A stretch of DNA of 64,000 nucleotides from Candidatus Hydrogenedentota bacterium (GCA_963745075.1 CAVUWV010000001.1:160001-224000); one strand, 5' to 3'; numbered from the stretch's first letter, positions 28,964 through 38,974 are shown. Notes: generated from the letters alone by a model not told the origin. A program made the numbers and translations.

Positions 28964-31900
28964 CGGATTCCTTCCAGTCGAAAGGCATTGTAAAAGAACG
29001 CCTTGTCCCGATCGTACAGTTCGGCCGCCGCTTCTTCCAGCGGCTGGAGGTTGTCGCTCAGATGTTCGGGCCGGGAACGTGGCACGAGCATGTTCCAGTA
29101 GGCGACGCGGCCCCCGCTGCGGCCGGTGCGCACGATTTCGTCGAATACGGCCGCGGCATCCTCTTCCGACAGGTATTCAAAGATATCGCTCAGATTGAAC
29201 CAGTCAACTTCGTCGTTGCCAGTCTCTTTCAAACAGTCTTCCACGGTCTGACACCGCAATTCGAGACAGTCCAGATTGGTGCGGATGTCGTCGAAGTGTT
29301 CCTCGCGGAGGGCGTGTGGCAGCGCGTCGCTGTGGTGCCCGGTAAGAATCCATTGCACGTAGGGGTTCTCGGCGGGGTCAAGCACGGTGAGCGCCTGCCG
29401 CACCCGGGCCAAGAGGTGATCCGCGACCGAACCTTCGACGAATCGGAACGCATCGGGATGGCGGCCCATACGTCCCATTACGAATTGGGAAAAGAACACA
29501 CGAAACACGCCTCTGAACCGCCAATTGTTGAAGTGGCGGTCGAAGAATGCTTCCCGCCAATCCGGCGGGCCGCTTTGCGACAAGGCCGCGATGGTCTCCC
29601 GGCCGAGCAACCACGGCAGCACGCGCTTGCGAAAGAGGGCCAGGTAGCGTTCGAACTTGCCGATGGTGCCGATGCCCGCCGCGACGAATCCCTGGTGGGC
29701 ATCCCAAAAATCCCGGGCATCCGGAGAGAGAAGGGAACGGCATTGTCGGTACAGCTCGATGCGGCGCGTCGAGGGACGGGATCCCACCAGTTCCAGCAGG
29801 CCGTCGTGAGATAGCGCTTTGTAGGCTGCAACGCGGAGTTCCAGGCAATGAAGCTGTAACGGATTATGGTCGACGGCGATCACCCGGCCTGGCGCCTTGG
29901 ATACGAGGGACAAGGTGTTGTCGCCGGCGGAGGCAACGGAGAGGCAGGTCTGCCCCGATTGTACGTCGAGCGCGCCCATGAGGACGTCGGCGTCTTCCCA
30001 GCACTGGGCGTAACAGATTTCCGTGAATCCGTTGGAGTTAGACTTGCCATTCCGCGCGGCGTTCATTGCCCGACTCCCGTGGGCGAGCCGCCGGACGATG
30101 CCGGTCGTCCCGTTGAGTTCTACTTCGTCGCCGTCGTTAAGCCAGGAGGTGAGTCCGTCGATGGAAACGATGCTGGGTATGCCCAACTCGCGCGAGACGA
30201 TTGCCGAATGGGACAAGAGGCTTCCGCGTTCCACGAGCAAGCCGGCGGCGGCGGAAAAGAGCACAATCCAACCCGGATCGGTGGTCCTCGCGGCGAGGAT
30301 CTCGCCGGGTTGAAGCCGTTCGTGGCGAGGGTCCGTTACCACGCGAACCTTGCCGCGGACGATCCCCGCGCAACAGCCGATACCGGATCGCTCCTCACCG
30401 TCCTCGCGCTCGTTGGGCGCTTGCTCTGACGAGATAGCATTTGCGCCTACGATGCCGTACGTTTCAAAGCGGCTGGGAAGCGGAGGCGCTTCACGGTAGG
30501 CGGCGAATTCGCGTTTGCGCACAGCGACCAACTCCCGCAGGGAGATGGTTGTCGCCCGTCCTTCGATGAATCCGAAGATTTCGTGACGTTCCAGGTAGAA
30601 CACGTCTTCCGGCGCGTCCAATGCGCCCGAATCAACGAGTCGCCGGCCGAGCGTTACGAAGATTCGGCGGACCAGTCCGAACACGCGTGTGCGCTCGAAC
30701 CGGAGGTTCTCCCGGTCGCGCACGCGGGCCTTGGCATGGCGCAAGACATAACGGAACACGCGGCCTTTCAGGCTCCAGGGAGATAACCTTTCGGCAACCA
30801 ATCGTTCAGCTGAGTCTTTCGGGTCATCACCTTCCGGCGCCGGTTCGCGATCGCTGGTTTGGCCGGCGTTGCGGTGCGCAAGATGTCCGACGCCGCGCAG
30901 GAGCGGCATGGGATCGTCGTGAAGTGTGGGACTTTCGAGTTTCAGTTCTTCGAGGCATCGGTCGCCAAACTCGTCGAGGTAGTTTTCAAACGCTTGCTTA
31001 AACTCAGAATGGTGGCTCATGGCTTCGCGGATTTCCGCGAGCGATCCGTCGCACAGAGCTTGCGCAAATCCGTCGGCGTCCGCGGCCAGTTCGGCCATCC
31101 GCAGCATCCGGCGCGAGGGTTCGACGCTAATCAGACCCTCCTGCCGGCAAAGCAGATCGTTGGCGAGCCCTTTCCGGCCGAGCCATTTCTCGGAGAGGCT
31201 GCCAAGCAGTCCGAAGAAGATCATGGCGAGGAAGTCGTTGATGAGGGGCGCATCCCAACGTCTCAGGAGTTTGGCCTCGACGGTCGAGTAATAGGCCGTC
31301 AATTCTTCGGCCCGCATGTTGACCAAGGTTTGCCGATCCACGGTGAGTGACGTTTCGAGGCGCGCATAGAAGGTGCGAATCGTGGCATCGAGGCGCAGGT
31401 GATGTCCGATGAGCGCGAATGCCGAACGCACAAGGTACAGGCTGTCCACCACCCGGGTGCGCCAATCCGGCACGACGGACGTATCGAGCACCTCGGGCGG
31501 CAGCGAGGACTTCACGCCCATCATCTGTTCCATAAACCCGCGATTGACCTGGAAGCCGGGCAGCAAAGCCAGTACGCGATACCAGTTCAGGAGGTTGTAG
31601 TAGACGCGTCCCTGCATGAGGCCGAGCATGTTGCGGAATACGGCGGCATTTTCTTCAATGCGGCGTTGAGGCACGCGCAATACGTGGCAGAATTGGCGAT
31701 AGACTTCGTCGTAGACGTAGCTGGCGAATGAAAACGTCAGCGGGGTAGTAACCCCGTTGTAACTCTCGACAATGTTGCTGTTGTCCCAAATATTGAGGAT
31801 ACCGTTTTGCGGGGTTCGCTGCGGGATCGTCGTGATTGGCCGGGACTGAAGCACATAGATTTGTCCATCCGCGATGGCCCATTCGATATCCTGGGGCCGT

Positions 31901-32712
31901 CCGAAGTGGGCGCTCAAGTCCCGAGCGAGTTCCGCGATTTGGAGGACTAGTTCGTCGGTTAGCGCCGGTTTCACGGCCTGTTCGGGGTCCACGTCTTCCA
32001 CCCGGATTCCGCTTGCGCCGGGGACCGGTGCACGATGGGCGTGCACCTTGTTTGCGATCGTGCGCTTTGTGATGGTTCCTGCCCGGTCAATGTAGTGGGT
32101 GTCGGCGTCGCATTCCCCGGAGACAAGGCTTGTGCCCAGGCCGTAGACGGACGTGACGACGGATACGTCGGGATTACCGGTGACGGGATCGGCGCCGAAC
32201 GCGACGCCGGATACGGATGCGTCGACCATACGCTGAATCAGGACCGCCGGGGGGCCGGACTGAGGCGGGAGACCGTGCTGCCTGCGGTACTCCAGGACGT
32301 TTTCGGAAAAGGCGCTGCGCCAGACGGCCGCAACTTTGTCCGGCACATCGACGGGCGGCACGAAGAGAAACGACGTCAATTGGCCGGCGAAGGAGGCGCC
32401 GTTGCTGTCCTCGTCCATAGCGGATGAACGGACCGCCACAGGCTCGCCATGGGGACAGAGGGTTTCCATTGCGGCAACGAGTTCGTCGCGGATGGGCGCT
32501 CCGAGCCCCAGGCCATCAGGCCAGTGAATTTCGTTCGATATGGAGGAGAATGCCTCCTGCGGACCTTCCGGCAGGGATTCCAACGCTGCTTCGGGCGCGA
32601 CGGCAAACCATGCAGGGACAAGCACATCCCGACCAGACAAGGCGGCCAAAGCTCCGGCCTTTCCCCCTAGCTTGTTTGGGTCTGAACCGTTCTTTCCCAG
32701 GATGAAATGCAT
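28960..32712 (-). CDS. PEP-synthase/rifampicin-phosphotransferase-like dikinase fused in frame to a DUF3419/BtaA-like SAM-dependent 3-amino-3-carboxypropyl transferase (internal ATG 30066)
   Basis: LGGKA, AVRSSA.DED...SFAGQ, DIEWA...LQSRPIT (ATP-grasp); GSLLSHSAIVSRELGIP (phospho-His domain); then YAQCWEDAD, SVASAGDN, LSDIFEY. Confidence 0.85.
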   Translation of the reverse strand: MHFILGKNGSDPNKLGGKAGALAALSGRDVLVPAWFAVAPEAALESLPEGPQEAFSSISNEIHWPDGLGLGAPIRDELVAAMETLCPHGEPVAVRSSAMDEDSNGASFAGQLTSFLFVPPVDVPDKVAAVWRSAFSENVLEYRRQHGLPPQSGPPAVLIQRMVDASVSGVAFGADPVTGNPDVSVVTSVYGLGTSLVSGECDADTHYIDRAGTITKRTIANKVHAHRAPVPGASGIRVEDVDPEQAVKPALTDELVLQIAELARDLSAHFGRPQDIEWAIADGQIYVLQSRPITTIPQRTPQNGILNIWDNSNIVESYNGVTTPLTFSFASYVYDEVYRQFCHVLRVPQRRIEENAAVFRNMLGLMQGRVYYNLLNWYRVLALLPGFQVNRGFMEQMMGVKSSLPPEVLDTSVVPDWRTRVVDSLYLVRSAFALIGHHLRLDATIRTFYARLETSLTVDRQTLVNMRAEELTAYYSTVEAKLLRRWDAPLINDFLAMIFFGLLGSLSEKWLGRKGLANDLLCRQEGLISVEPSRRMLRMAELAADADGFAQALCDGSLAEIREAMSHHSEFKQAFENYLDEFGDRCLEELKLESPTLHDDPMPLLRGVGHLAHRNAGQTSDREPAPEGDDPKDSAERLVAERLSPWSLKGRVFRYVLRHAKARVRDRENLRFERTRVFGLVRRIFVTLGRRLVDSGALDAPEDVFYLERHEIFGFIEGRATTISLRELVAVRKREFAAYREAPPLPSRFETYGIVGANAISSEQAPNEREDGEERSGIGCCAGIVRGKVRVVTDPRHERLQPGEILAARTTDPGWIVLFSAAAGLLVERGSLLSHSAIVSRELGIPSIVSIDGLTSWLNDGDEVELNGTTGIVRRLAHGSRAMNAARNGKSNSNGFTEICYAQCWEDADVLMGALDVQSGQTCLSVASAGDNTLSLVSKAPGRVIAVDHNPLQLHCLELRVAAYKALSHDGLLELVGSRPSTRRIELYRQCRSLLSPDARDFWDAHQGFVAAGIGTIGKFERYLALFRKRVLPWLLGRETIAALSQSGPPDWREAFFDRHFNNWRFRGVFRVFFSQFVMGRMGRHPDAFRFVEGSVADHLLARVRQALTVLDPAENPYVQWILTGHHSDALPHALREEHFDDIRTNLDCLELRCQTVEDCLKETGNDEVDWFNLSDIFEYLSEEDAAAVFDEIVRTGRSGGRVAYWNMLVPRSRPEHLSDNLQPLEEAAAELYDRDKAFFYNAFRLEGIR

Positions 32713-32716
32713 CGTG

Positions 32717-33634
32717 CTATCCATCCCACCAGCGAACCAGCAACGGAATGACGCCGAGCATAAGGTACATGGCCAGAATCCAATATCCCGAGGTGTTTTC
32801 GATGTGCCCCGCGAGCGAACGGCTGCGCACGTACACGTAGCGGTACGAGACACTCGACGCCCACACAAACAATAGACCCGAAACGACGGCAACGGGTGTC
32901 AGGAACCCGATTTGGCGGGCCGCGAGCCACCCAAACGCGCCGCTCAGGGCGAGTGCAGCGAGCCACGCAACGGCGGCCGTGGTCGGCCCCCAGACCCGGC
33001 TGTAGGTATCGACGCCTTCTTCCTCGTCTTCGGGCGCGCGAACCTTGCGTCCGACCTCGATCACGATGCCACCGAAAAAGCTGACCGCCAGGAACCAGGC
33101 AATCCCCGGGGGCACGGTAGTCTCGCCGGCCACGAGCCAGTCGCAGGCGGTGGCGAAGAAGACAATGAGCGGCATGATGATCATGTGGCTGAACATGTAG
33201 ACCATTGGACGGGCTTTCAACCACTCGCCCACGAAGAATTCCTTGCTCATCAGAGCCAGGTAGACCCACGCGCCGAACAAAGGCACAAGCAATGCGGCAT
33301 CCAACCAGAGGCACAGTCCGATTTGGATGAGCCCCCCAATCGCGGCAACGACCCCGAGTTCCCGGAGGGTCACCAAACCGCGGGGTACAGGCCGGTACGG
33401 ACGGTGGCGCAGGTCGTCCTGGTAGTCCTTAAACTCGTCGGCAATACGCAACATCAGGAAGAAAACGAAGACCGTAACGAAGGCCACGATGGCCGCGGCT
33501 GCCGACGGAAGCGAGGCGTCGCCGCGCAAGAGAGCGGAATAGCAGACAGCGGAGAGGCTGAACACGGCGATAAGCAGGCCATGCTTAAAGACCGGAAAGC
33601 GTTCCTTCTGATACACCCACCAACGGTTTGGCAT
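32717..33634 (-). CDS. UbiA-superfamily prenyltransferase-like membrane protein
   Basis: RIADEFKDYQDD..RPYRPVPRG first Asp-rich motif; EVGRK...EDEEEGVDTYS second motif; multiple TM helices. Confidence 0.82.
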   Translation of the reverse strand: MPNRWWVYQKERFPVFKHGLLIAVFSLSAVCYSALLRGDASLPSAAAAIVAFVTVFVFFLMLRIADEFKDYQDDLRHRPYRPVPRGLVTLRELGVVAAIGGLIQIGLCLWLDAALLVPLFGAWVYLALMSKEFFVGEWLKARPMVYMFSHMIIMPLIVFFATACDWLVAGETTVPPGIAWFLAVSFFGGIVIEVGRKVRAPEDEEEGVDTYSRVWGPTTAAVAWLAALALSGAFGWLAARQIGFLTPVAVVSGLLFVWASSVSYRYVYVRSRSLAGHIENTSGYWILAMYLMLGVIPLLVRWWDG

Positions 33635-33774
33635 GCTGCCATTCTCCAGAGATGCGCGGACCGATGACTGCGACGGCTACGCGTCGATGCTGCAAGGCAC
33701 ATTGACACCCTAAGATATTATCGCGTAAACCACCACAGACAGCTTGTACGCGGACACGACTTCTCGCAGACGTT

Positions 33775-33783
33775 AGTATATCA
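33775..33783 (-). promoter_or_regulatory. Putative extended -10 promoter of the lipid operon
   Basis: TGATATACT on the minus strand about 140 nt upstream of the UbiA start. Confidence 0.35.
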
Positions 33784-33857
33784 CCAAGGATTGAGACGCA
33801 ACGAGGTAATGCACCGTCCAAGGTGGCATCCGCATCCACGGCAGGCCAGCGGCATAA

Positions 33858-34697
33858 TTAATCGCCATATCCCAAGGCATCGAGCGCATCGAGCATATCC
33901 GCGTCCACATCCACGTAGCGGAAAAAGTTCGAACCGAAGCCCCACGTGGGCAGGCAATTGGGATTTGCAATCAATCCGTTCGTTTCGTACCCGGCCTGGC
34001 CCAGGGGCCGAGCGAGGGTGGGAACATCGCCGCGCATGACATCGCTGCGGTCTTTACAACCGTGGAGATTGGGCTGCGTTCCCGTCAAGAGCGTCGCCAC
34101 AGAGGGCCGGGTCCACGATGAGGACGGGACGAGTTGGGTGAACCTGACAGCGACACGCGCGAACGCCTCCAGGTGGGGACTGATTTCGCGGTCGTATCCG
34201 TAGCAACTCAGGCGGTCCTGCCGCACGGTATCCATCCGATAGATGAAGACATCCGGGCGGTTGGTTTGGTCGGAGTATACTTCGCACGGCGCGAGCATAA
34301 ACGGGCGCTTCGCGTCGAATTCGACAAGCACGCGGCCAGTCTCGGAATCGAGAGGCAACACCGTGTCGTGCCATTCGTTCGGTTCCCTGATTCTGATGGT
34401 CTTGAGATGGGAGTCGCCGGCGACGATGCGGAGCGTCACGACGCCATCTTCGGAATCGAGGGGCAAAACGCCGACGCGCAATACGCTACCCGCCGGGGTC
34501 TGACCGAGAGCGAGCGTTGCGGGACCCCTCAAGGAAACGCGCAGTGCGTCCCGTTGATCGCTCGTTGTTGTCGACCGTTGCTGCGGAAACCGGGACAACG
34601 TGAACGTCGTTTTGCTAGGTTCCCGTTCACATCCGTAAGCGAATATCAGGGTCGCAATAACGATCGGGTACAGGTACCCGGACAGTCCTCTAACCAT
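33858..34697 (-). pseudogene. Sulfatase-like lipoprotein with a large internal deletion
   Basis: MDTVRQDRLSCYGY, SSWTRPSVATLLTG, GYET, then immediately the terminal LDALGY tail; C-half catalytic motifs absent. Confidence 0.72.
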
Positions 34698-35045
34698 GGT
34701 CGTCTTCGTTCCGCACGGCATGTCAACTTCCGGAAACACGTTGCAATTGGCACGTGCGCCGTCAAGACGCGGTTTCTTGGGCCGTTAGCAATGAAATTCA
34801 AGAGGTAATCTGCGGTTGATCCTTTTTGTACTCGCTTTTTCAGGGCCGAATCAAGCGGCGCTCGCAGTGGGCCCGTTCTGCCGCTTTCGATTTGTGTTTC
34901 AGACAAGCCCAGACCGCGATCTTTCCATACCCCGGCAGCTTTTGGGTCGAACGCCGATGGCCTAAAGGTCCCGCGGAATGATATTCTCAGTATACCAACG
35001 ATGGCGGTGGAGATAGCGGAAGAACAGCACAAAGATTGGAGAAGG

Positions 35046-36032
35046 ATGATGATGAGGGTACCGTCGCGGTTCTCGAGAAGGCGCGTTCTGGCGTCGTTCA
35101 CACTGGCGGCCGTCCTGTCCTGCGCGGGTGTGGCGGAAGAGGTTTCATTTAACAAGGACATCGGACAACTCCAAATCATCGTGAATGATGAGCCGGTCGC
35201 GAGCTATGTGTGGCAGGACCCCGAAGTTCCACGACCGTATTTCTGCGACGTGGCGGCGCCTAACGGGTTTCACGTCACTCGGAACCACCCACCCCATCCG
35301 GTCTTGGATCGGGACAACGAAGACCACGCGGACTTTCATCCCGGCATATGGCTCGCCTTTGGCGATATCAACGGCCAGGACTTCTGGCGGAACAAGGCGC
35401 GGGTGCGCCACGCGGAGTTCGTGACGAATCCGATCGGCGGCGAGAATGAGGGGACCTTTGCCGTTCGCAATGTCTACGAGTCTTCATCGGGCGAACGAAT
35501 CTGCGAAGAGCGGTGCACCTATTCATTCCACGTGACGCAATTGGGGTACCTCCTCACCGCGGAGTCCGAGTTCTACTCGCCGGATGGCCCCTTCGTTTTC
35601 GGCGACCAGGAAGAAATGGGATTTGGCGTGCGCGTGGCAACACCTCTCCGCGTCAAGGGTGGTCACGGGAGTCTCGTCAACAGCGTGGGTGGGCGGGACG
35701 AGGCCGGAACTTGGGGCAAGCGCGCGGATTGGTGCGCGGGCTTCGGACGCGTCAACGATGTGTGGGTGGGTGTGAGCGTCATGGCCGATCCCCACAACTT
35801 CCGTCCGTCTTGGTTCCACTCGCGCGATTATGGACTTATCGTGGCAAATCCCTTCGGCAAGAAAGCGATGACGGGCGCCAATGACCCGTCGATCGAGCCG
35901 GACCATACGAAGGTCGGCGTGGGGGAAATGCTGCGGTTGGGATTCGGAGTGTACATCTTCAGTATCGAGAGCGAAGCAGAACCTGTACTTGCGCCGCTCT
36001 ATGCCGACTATTTGGCGCGCATCAACCGCTAA
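35046..36032 (+). CDS. DUF6807 / PF14100-type exported protein
   Basis: PRPYF, VTRNHP, DH..FHPGIWLAFGDING.DFW, FGDQEEMGFGVR, WFHSRDYGLIVANPFG. Confidence 0.8.
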   Translation: MMMRVPSRFSRRRVLASFTLAAVLSCAGVAEEVSFNKDIGQLQIIVNDEPVASYVWQDPEVPRPYFCDVAAPNGFHVTRNHPPHPVLDRDNEDHADFHPGIWLAFGDINGQDFWRNKARVRHAEFVTNPIGGENEGTFAVRNVYESSSGERICEERCTYSFHVTQLGYLLTAESEFYSPDGPFVFGDQEEMGFGVRVATPLRVKGGHGSLVNSVGGRDEAGTWGKRADWCAGFGRVNDVWVGVSVMADPHNFRPSWFHSRDYGLIVANPFGKKAMTGANDPSIEPDHTKVGVGEMLRLGFGVYIFSIESEAEPVLAPLYADYLARINR

Positions 36033-37429
36033 CTTGCGACAAATTTCTTCCATTTCGGCAGGCGTGCGAGCATGACTTCGTAGACCATCCGTTCCGTTTC
36101 GACGGGTCCGGCCTTTCGCGCCCTATTGATCTCTTCGATACGTGCACGGTCGGTGACTTCTACCCACGCCACGGAGTAGAGCCGATCGTCGGAGCCGATG
36201 CAGAGGCCTTCCGTGAAGAAGACGCGACGGCCGTCTTTCGAGAGCACCGGCCCGTGGTTGACCATCGCTTCTGTCATCATATCGAACGTGAAGAGATATA
36301 CCGTGGACTGGACAGACGGCCGGACTTCGATATCGACGGCGGGTCCGTTTGCGAGATAGAAGATGGTGTCTTCGGGGCCGAGGAGGAATCCGAGTTGACT
36401 GATCTCCGGGTTGCGCGGCATGCCCCAATACGCTTTGTGGCGCAGCTCGCCCACAGTTCGGAGGTATCGGGCGGACGGCCGGAATTCAAAGAGCGTCGTT
36501 GTTTCCCACTGGATGCCCCAAAAACTCTCCGTCTTCGGATTCCACTCGATGACGCGCCAGTGGTATTGAAAGTCGCCTTTGAGGGTTTCCGCTGCAGACT
36601 GTGAGAGGGGGAGTCGTTTCAGATCGAGGCCGGCGATATACGTTACCGGCCGGTCCTGGCTCAGGTCGAACTCCCAGATGCGGCCGTCCATCGTCGAACC
36701 ATAGACTTTGCCGTCGGGCGCGACGCCAAGGGTGCGGCAGATGCGGTCCCACTCGTGGGGGTGGCTTCCCCATTCGCCCCGTTCCTGGACGGCGCCCCAG
36801 AAGCGGGGATGCCCTTCCGCGATGTCGTAGGAAACCAGAATCCCGGAAGGCCAGGTCAGACCATAGAGAATGTTGCGCTCGGTATCCATTGCCATCGTAA
36901 TAATGCCTTCGCCGGGGAAGATCTTGGCAAGGTCCTCAAACGCACCGGTCTTCAGGTCGTAGGACATGAGGTGGCCACCCTGATAAGGCATGCGGCCTTC
37001 CGATAAGAAACCGGGCAGCCCATCGTTGTAAAAGGAGATATGCGTGCCGAACCAGAGTTTTCCTTCGTCCTCGAAAAACGGCGTGTGAATCTTTCCCTGT
37101 GCGACGTGCGTTGCGGTGTCTTCGCCGAGCACCTCGTCCATCTTCGCGAGGAGGGTCATCTCTTCGGTTCGGGGGTCGAACTTGTAGATGCGGCAACTGT
37201 GGTCGATGTTGTGGGTGTCCACGCTGAAGTAGAGGTTGCCGTCGGACGCGGAAACGATGGAGTGATAGTTGCTGTCGCCGACCAGAAAGTTGATGGGGAA
37301 AAGGTCGGCGGTGATGGTCTTGTCGACGGCCGAGAGCGGGATCGTGGTCTTTTCGACGTTAATATTTTGCGCGTTAGCGCTGAGCGGCAGGCTCGCCGTA
37401 ACCAGCAGTGGAATGATGATTCTCAACAT
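36029..37429 (-). CDS. Exported beta-propeller-like hypothetical protein
   Basis: Signal peptide MLRIIIPLL; repeated SDGNLYF/DGKVYG blade motifs; QGKIHT. Confidence 0.7.
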   Translation of the reverse strand: MLRIIIPLLVTASLPLSANAQNINVEKTTIPLSAVDKTITADLFPINFLVGDSNYHSIVSASDGNLYFSVDTHNIDHSCRIYKFDPRTEEMTLLAKMDEVLGEDTATHVAQGKIHTPFFEDEGKLWFGTHISFYNDGLPGFLSEGRMPYQGGHLMSYDLKTGAFEDLAKIFPGEGIITMAMDTERNILYGLTWPSGILVSYDIAEGHPRFWGAVQERGEWGSHPHEWDRICRTLGVAPDGKVYGSTMDGRIWEFDLSQDRPVTYIAGLDLKRLPLSQSAAETLKGDFQYHWRVIEWNPKTESFWGIQWETTTLFEFRPSARYLRTVGELRHKAYWGMPRNPEISQLGFLLGPEDTIFYLANGPAVDIEVRPSVQSTVYLFTFDMMTEAMVNHGPVLSKDGRRVFFTEGLCIGSDDRLYSVAWVEVTDRARIEEINRARKAGPVETERMVYEVMLARLPKWKKFVAS

Positions 37430-37492
37430 CTTTCTTCCTCTCCTTCGGCAATACCGCTTCCTGATTATATCGTTCACGCCTCTGCACTCCAA

Positions 37493-37520
37493 CCGTCATC
37501 CCCGTTCGCGGGAATGACGG
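37493..37520. repeat. REP-like hairpin (GTCATTCCCGCG family, partial)
   Basis: CCGTCATCCCCGTTCGCGGGAATGACGG; related to 49104-49190. Confidence 0.6.
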
Positions 37521-37636
37521 TTGGGGTTAAGCGCTGTGTGTAACGCGATCTTCTCGTAAATGCCAGATTAAGTCCTCGCACTCCAAAACCTGCCCGCAGC
37601 CAAGTGTAGCTTACGTTCAGCTTGGCTCGATGCCGC

Positions 37637-38935
37637 TCATCGCGGCTCATAGACCTGCACGCCGTATTGATCTTCGGACTCGAAGAGGGCGTAAACCGTC
37701 CCGTTTTTGTCGACGGTGGCCCAGTTCTCTTTGTGTTCGGAAACGGCGAGGCTGATGCCGGTGATGTAGTCGCCGTTGTTGTTGTATTTCATGATGCTGA
37801 TGGTGTTGCCTTCGTTGTCCTGCATGGCGCCGTTGAACCCGCGCTGGCCGCGGACCATGAGGTACACGTTACCCCACTGGTCGTCGGCCATGCTGTGGAC
37901 GTACACGTTGCCGTCCGGCGGGTTTCCGAGGGCGAAGGAAAAGAGGTAGCTGCCTTCGGGCGTGAACTTCTTGCAGGGGCCGTAATAGCCGGTGACGAAT
38001 ACTTGCCCGGCCGGGTCCACGGTCAGACCGTGGGGCGCGTTCAAGTCGTAGACCTCATCGCCGTCTTTTCCGAAGGTGTAGAGGAAATCGCCGGAATTGC
38101 TGAAGACCGATATCCGCATGTTATCCACGTCGGTGATGAACAGGCGCTGGCTGCTGTCGAAATCCATGCCATGGGCCCGCAGAATATCGCCGGGCCGCGT
38201 ACCCTTCGGCGCGAAGATCTGGAGGAACCGACCGGTCGAATCGAACACCTGCACCCGGGGCTTGTCGCTCTTTTCATCCGTCACGAAAATCTTGCCCGAG
38301 GCATCGACCGCGACCACGCGTGGTTTCTTGGTTTGCCCGGGTCCTTCGCCTGGGCCGAGACCGATGTCGCCGAGGTAGTCACCGCTGGGGGTGAACCGGA
38401 GCACGCGGTCGCCGCCATAATCGGCGATCAGGAGGTTTCCCTCGCTGTCGATCGCGATGCAGTGGGGAGCCGTGAAATACTTGGCCTCCGCCTTGGTTTC
38501 GCCCCAGGAGTTGACGAACTCGTAGGCGGGCCCGTCTTTGTCCATCAACACCGTTGCGAAGAGATAACGATTGGCGGCGTCCGGCGCCTCGGCGCAGATG
38601 TGTATTTCGCGGACCGCGGGAACGGCGGCGGGGGCCGTGTAGTCGCCCTCGGCCGTGATGGTCCCGAGTTCCTCGTTTCCCCCTTGGACGTTGTTCACCG
38701 ACCAGCGCACGCCCTCCGCCAGATGCGACGCGTACAGGCGCTGGGCCATCATGATGACCTTGAACTTCTGGACGGCGCCCGGTGAGAGGGTCACGAGAGA
38801 CGGGGTTATGCGCGCGCGACCGGGCTGCGCGTATGCCGGTATCGTGGCGAATACAACGAGCCCTAGAAATACCAGTATTGCGGTGGGCAGGTAACCGGTG
38901 CGGCAAGGTTTTACCAGTTTTGGATTCCCACACAC
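37637..38935 (-). CDS. Exported NHL-repeat beta-propeller protein with N-terminal Ig-like domain (start uncertain)
   Basis: VRWSVNNVQGGNEELGTITAEGDYTAP; APHCIAIDSEGNLLIADYG and similar NHL repeats. Confidence 0.8.
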   Translation of the reverse strand: MCGNPKLVKPCRTGYLPTAILVFLGLVVFATIPAYAQPGRARITPSLVTLSPGAVQKFKVIMMAQRLYASHLAEGVRWSVNNVQGGNEELGTITAEGDYTAPAAVPAVREIHICAEAPDAANRYLFATVLMDKDGPAYEFVNSWGETKAEAKYFTAPHCIAIDSEGNLLIADYGGDRVLRFTPSGDYLGDIGLGPGEGPGQTKKPRVVAVDASGKIFVTDEKSDKPRVQVFDSTGRFLQIFAPKGTRPGDILRAHGMDFDSSQRLFITDVDNMRISVFSNSGDFLYTFGKDGDEVYDLNAPHGLTVDPAGQVFVTGYYGPCKKFTPEGSYLFSFALGNPPDGNVYVHSMADDQWGNVYLMVRGQRGFNGAMQDNEGNTISIMKYNNNGDYITGISLAVSEHKENWATVDKNGTVYALFESEDQYGVQVYEPR

Positions 38936-38974
38936 GGCGCGATTCAAAACAGTCGCGGGAACGGGGCTAAGACA

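Noticed and set aside
28960..30066. Calling this btaA of DGTS betaine-lipid synthesis
   Set aside because: No btaB methyltransferase nearby and the context is different; only family-level similarity is supported
34740..35040. Possible riboswitch (GGCCTAAA resembles part of c-di-GMP-I)
   Set aside because: Other conserved elements (GCAAA tetraloop stem, GGGACGCAAAGC) not found; would need an Rfam scan
35046..36032. Methane monooxygenase (from the PmoA label of PF14100)
   Set aside because: Soluble exported beta protein, not the membrane pMMO subunit; no pmoCB
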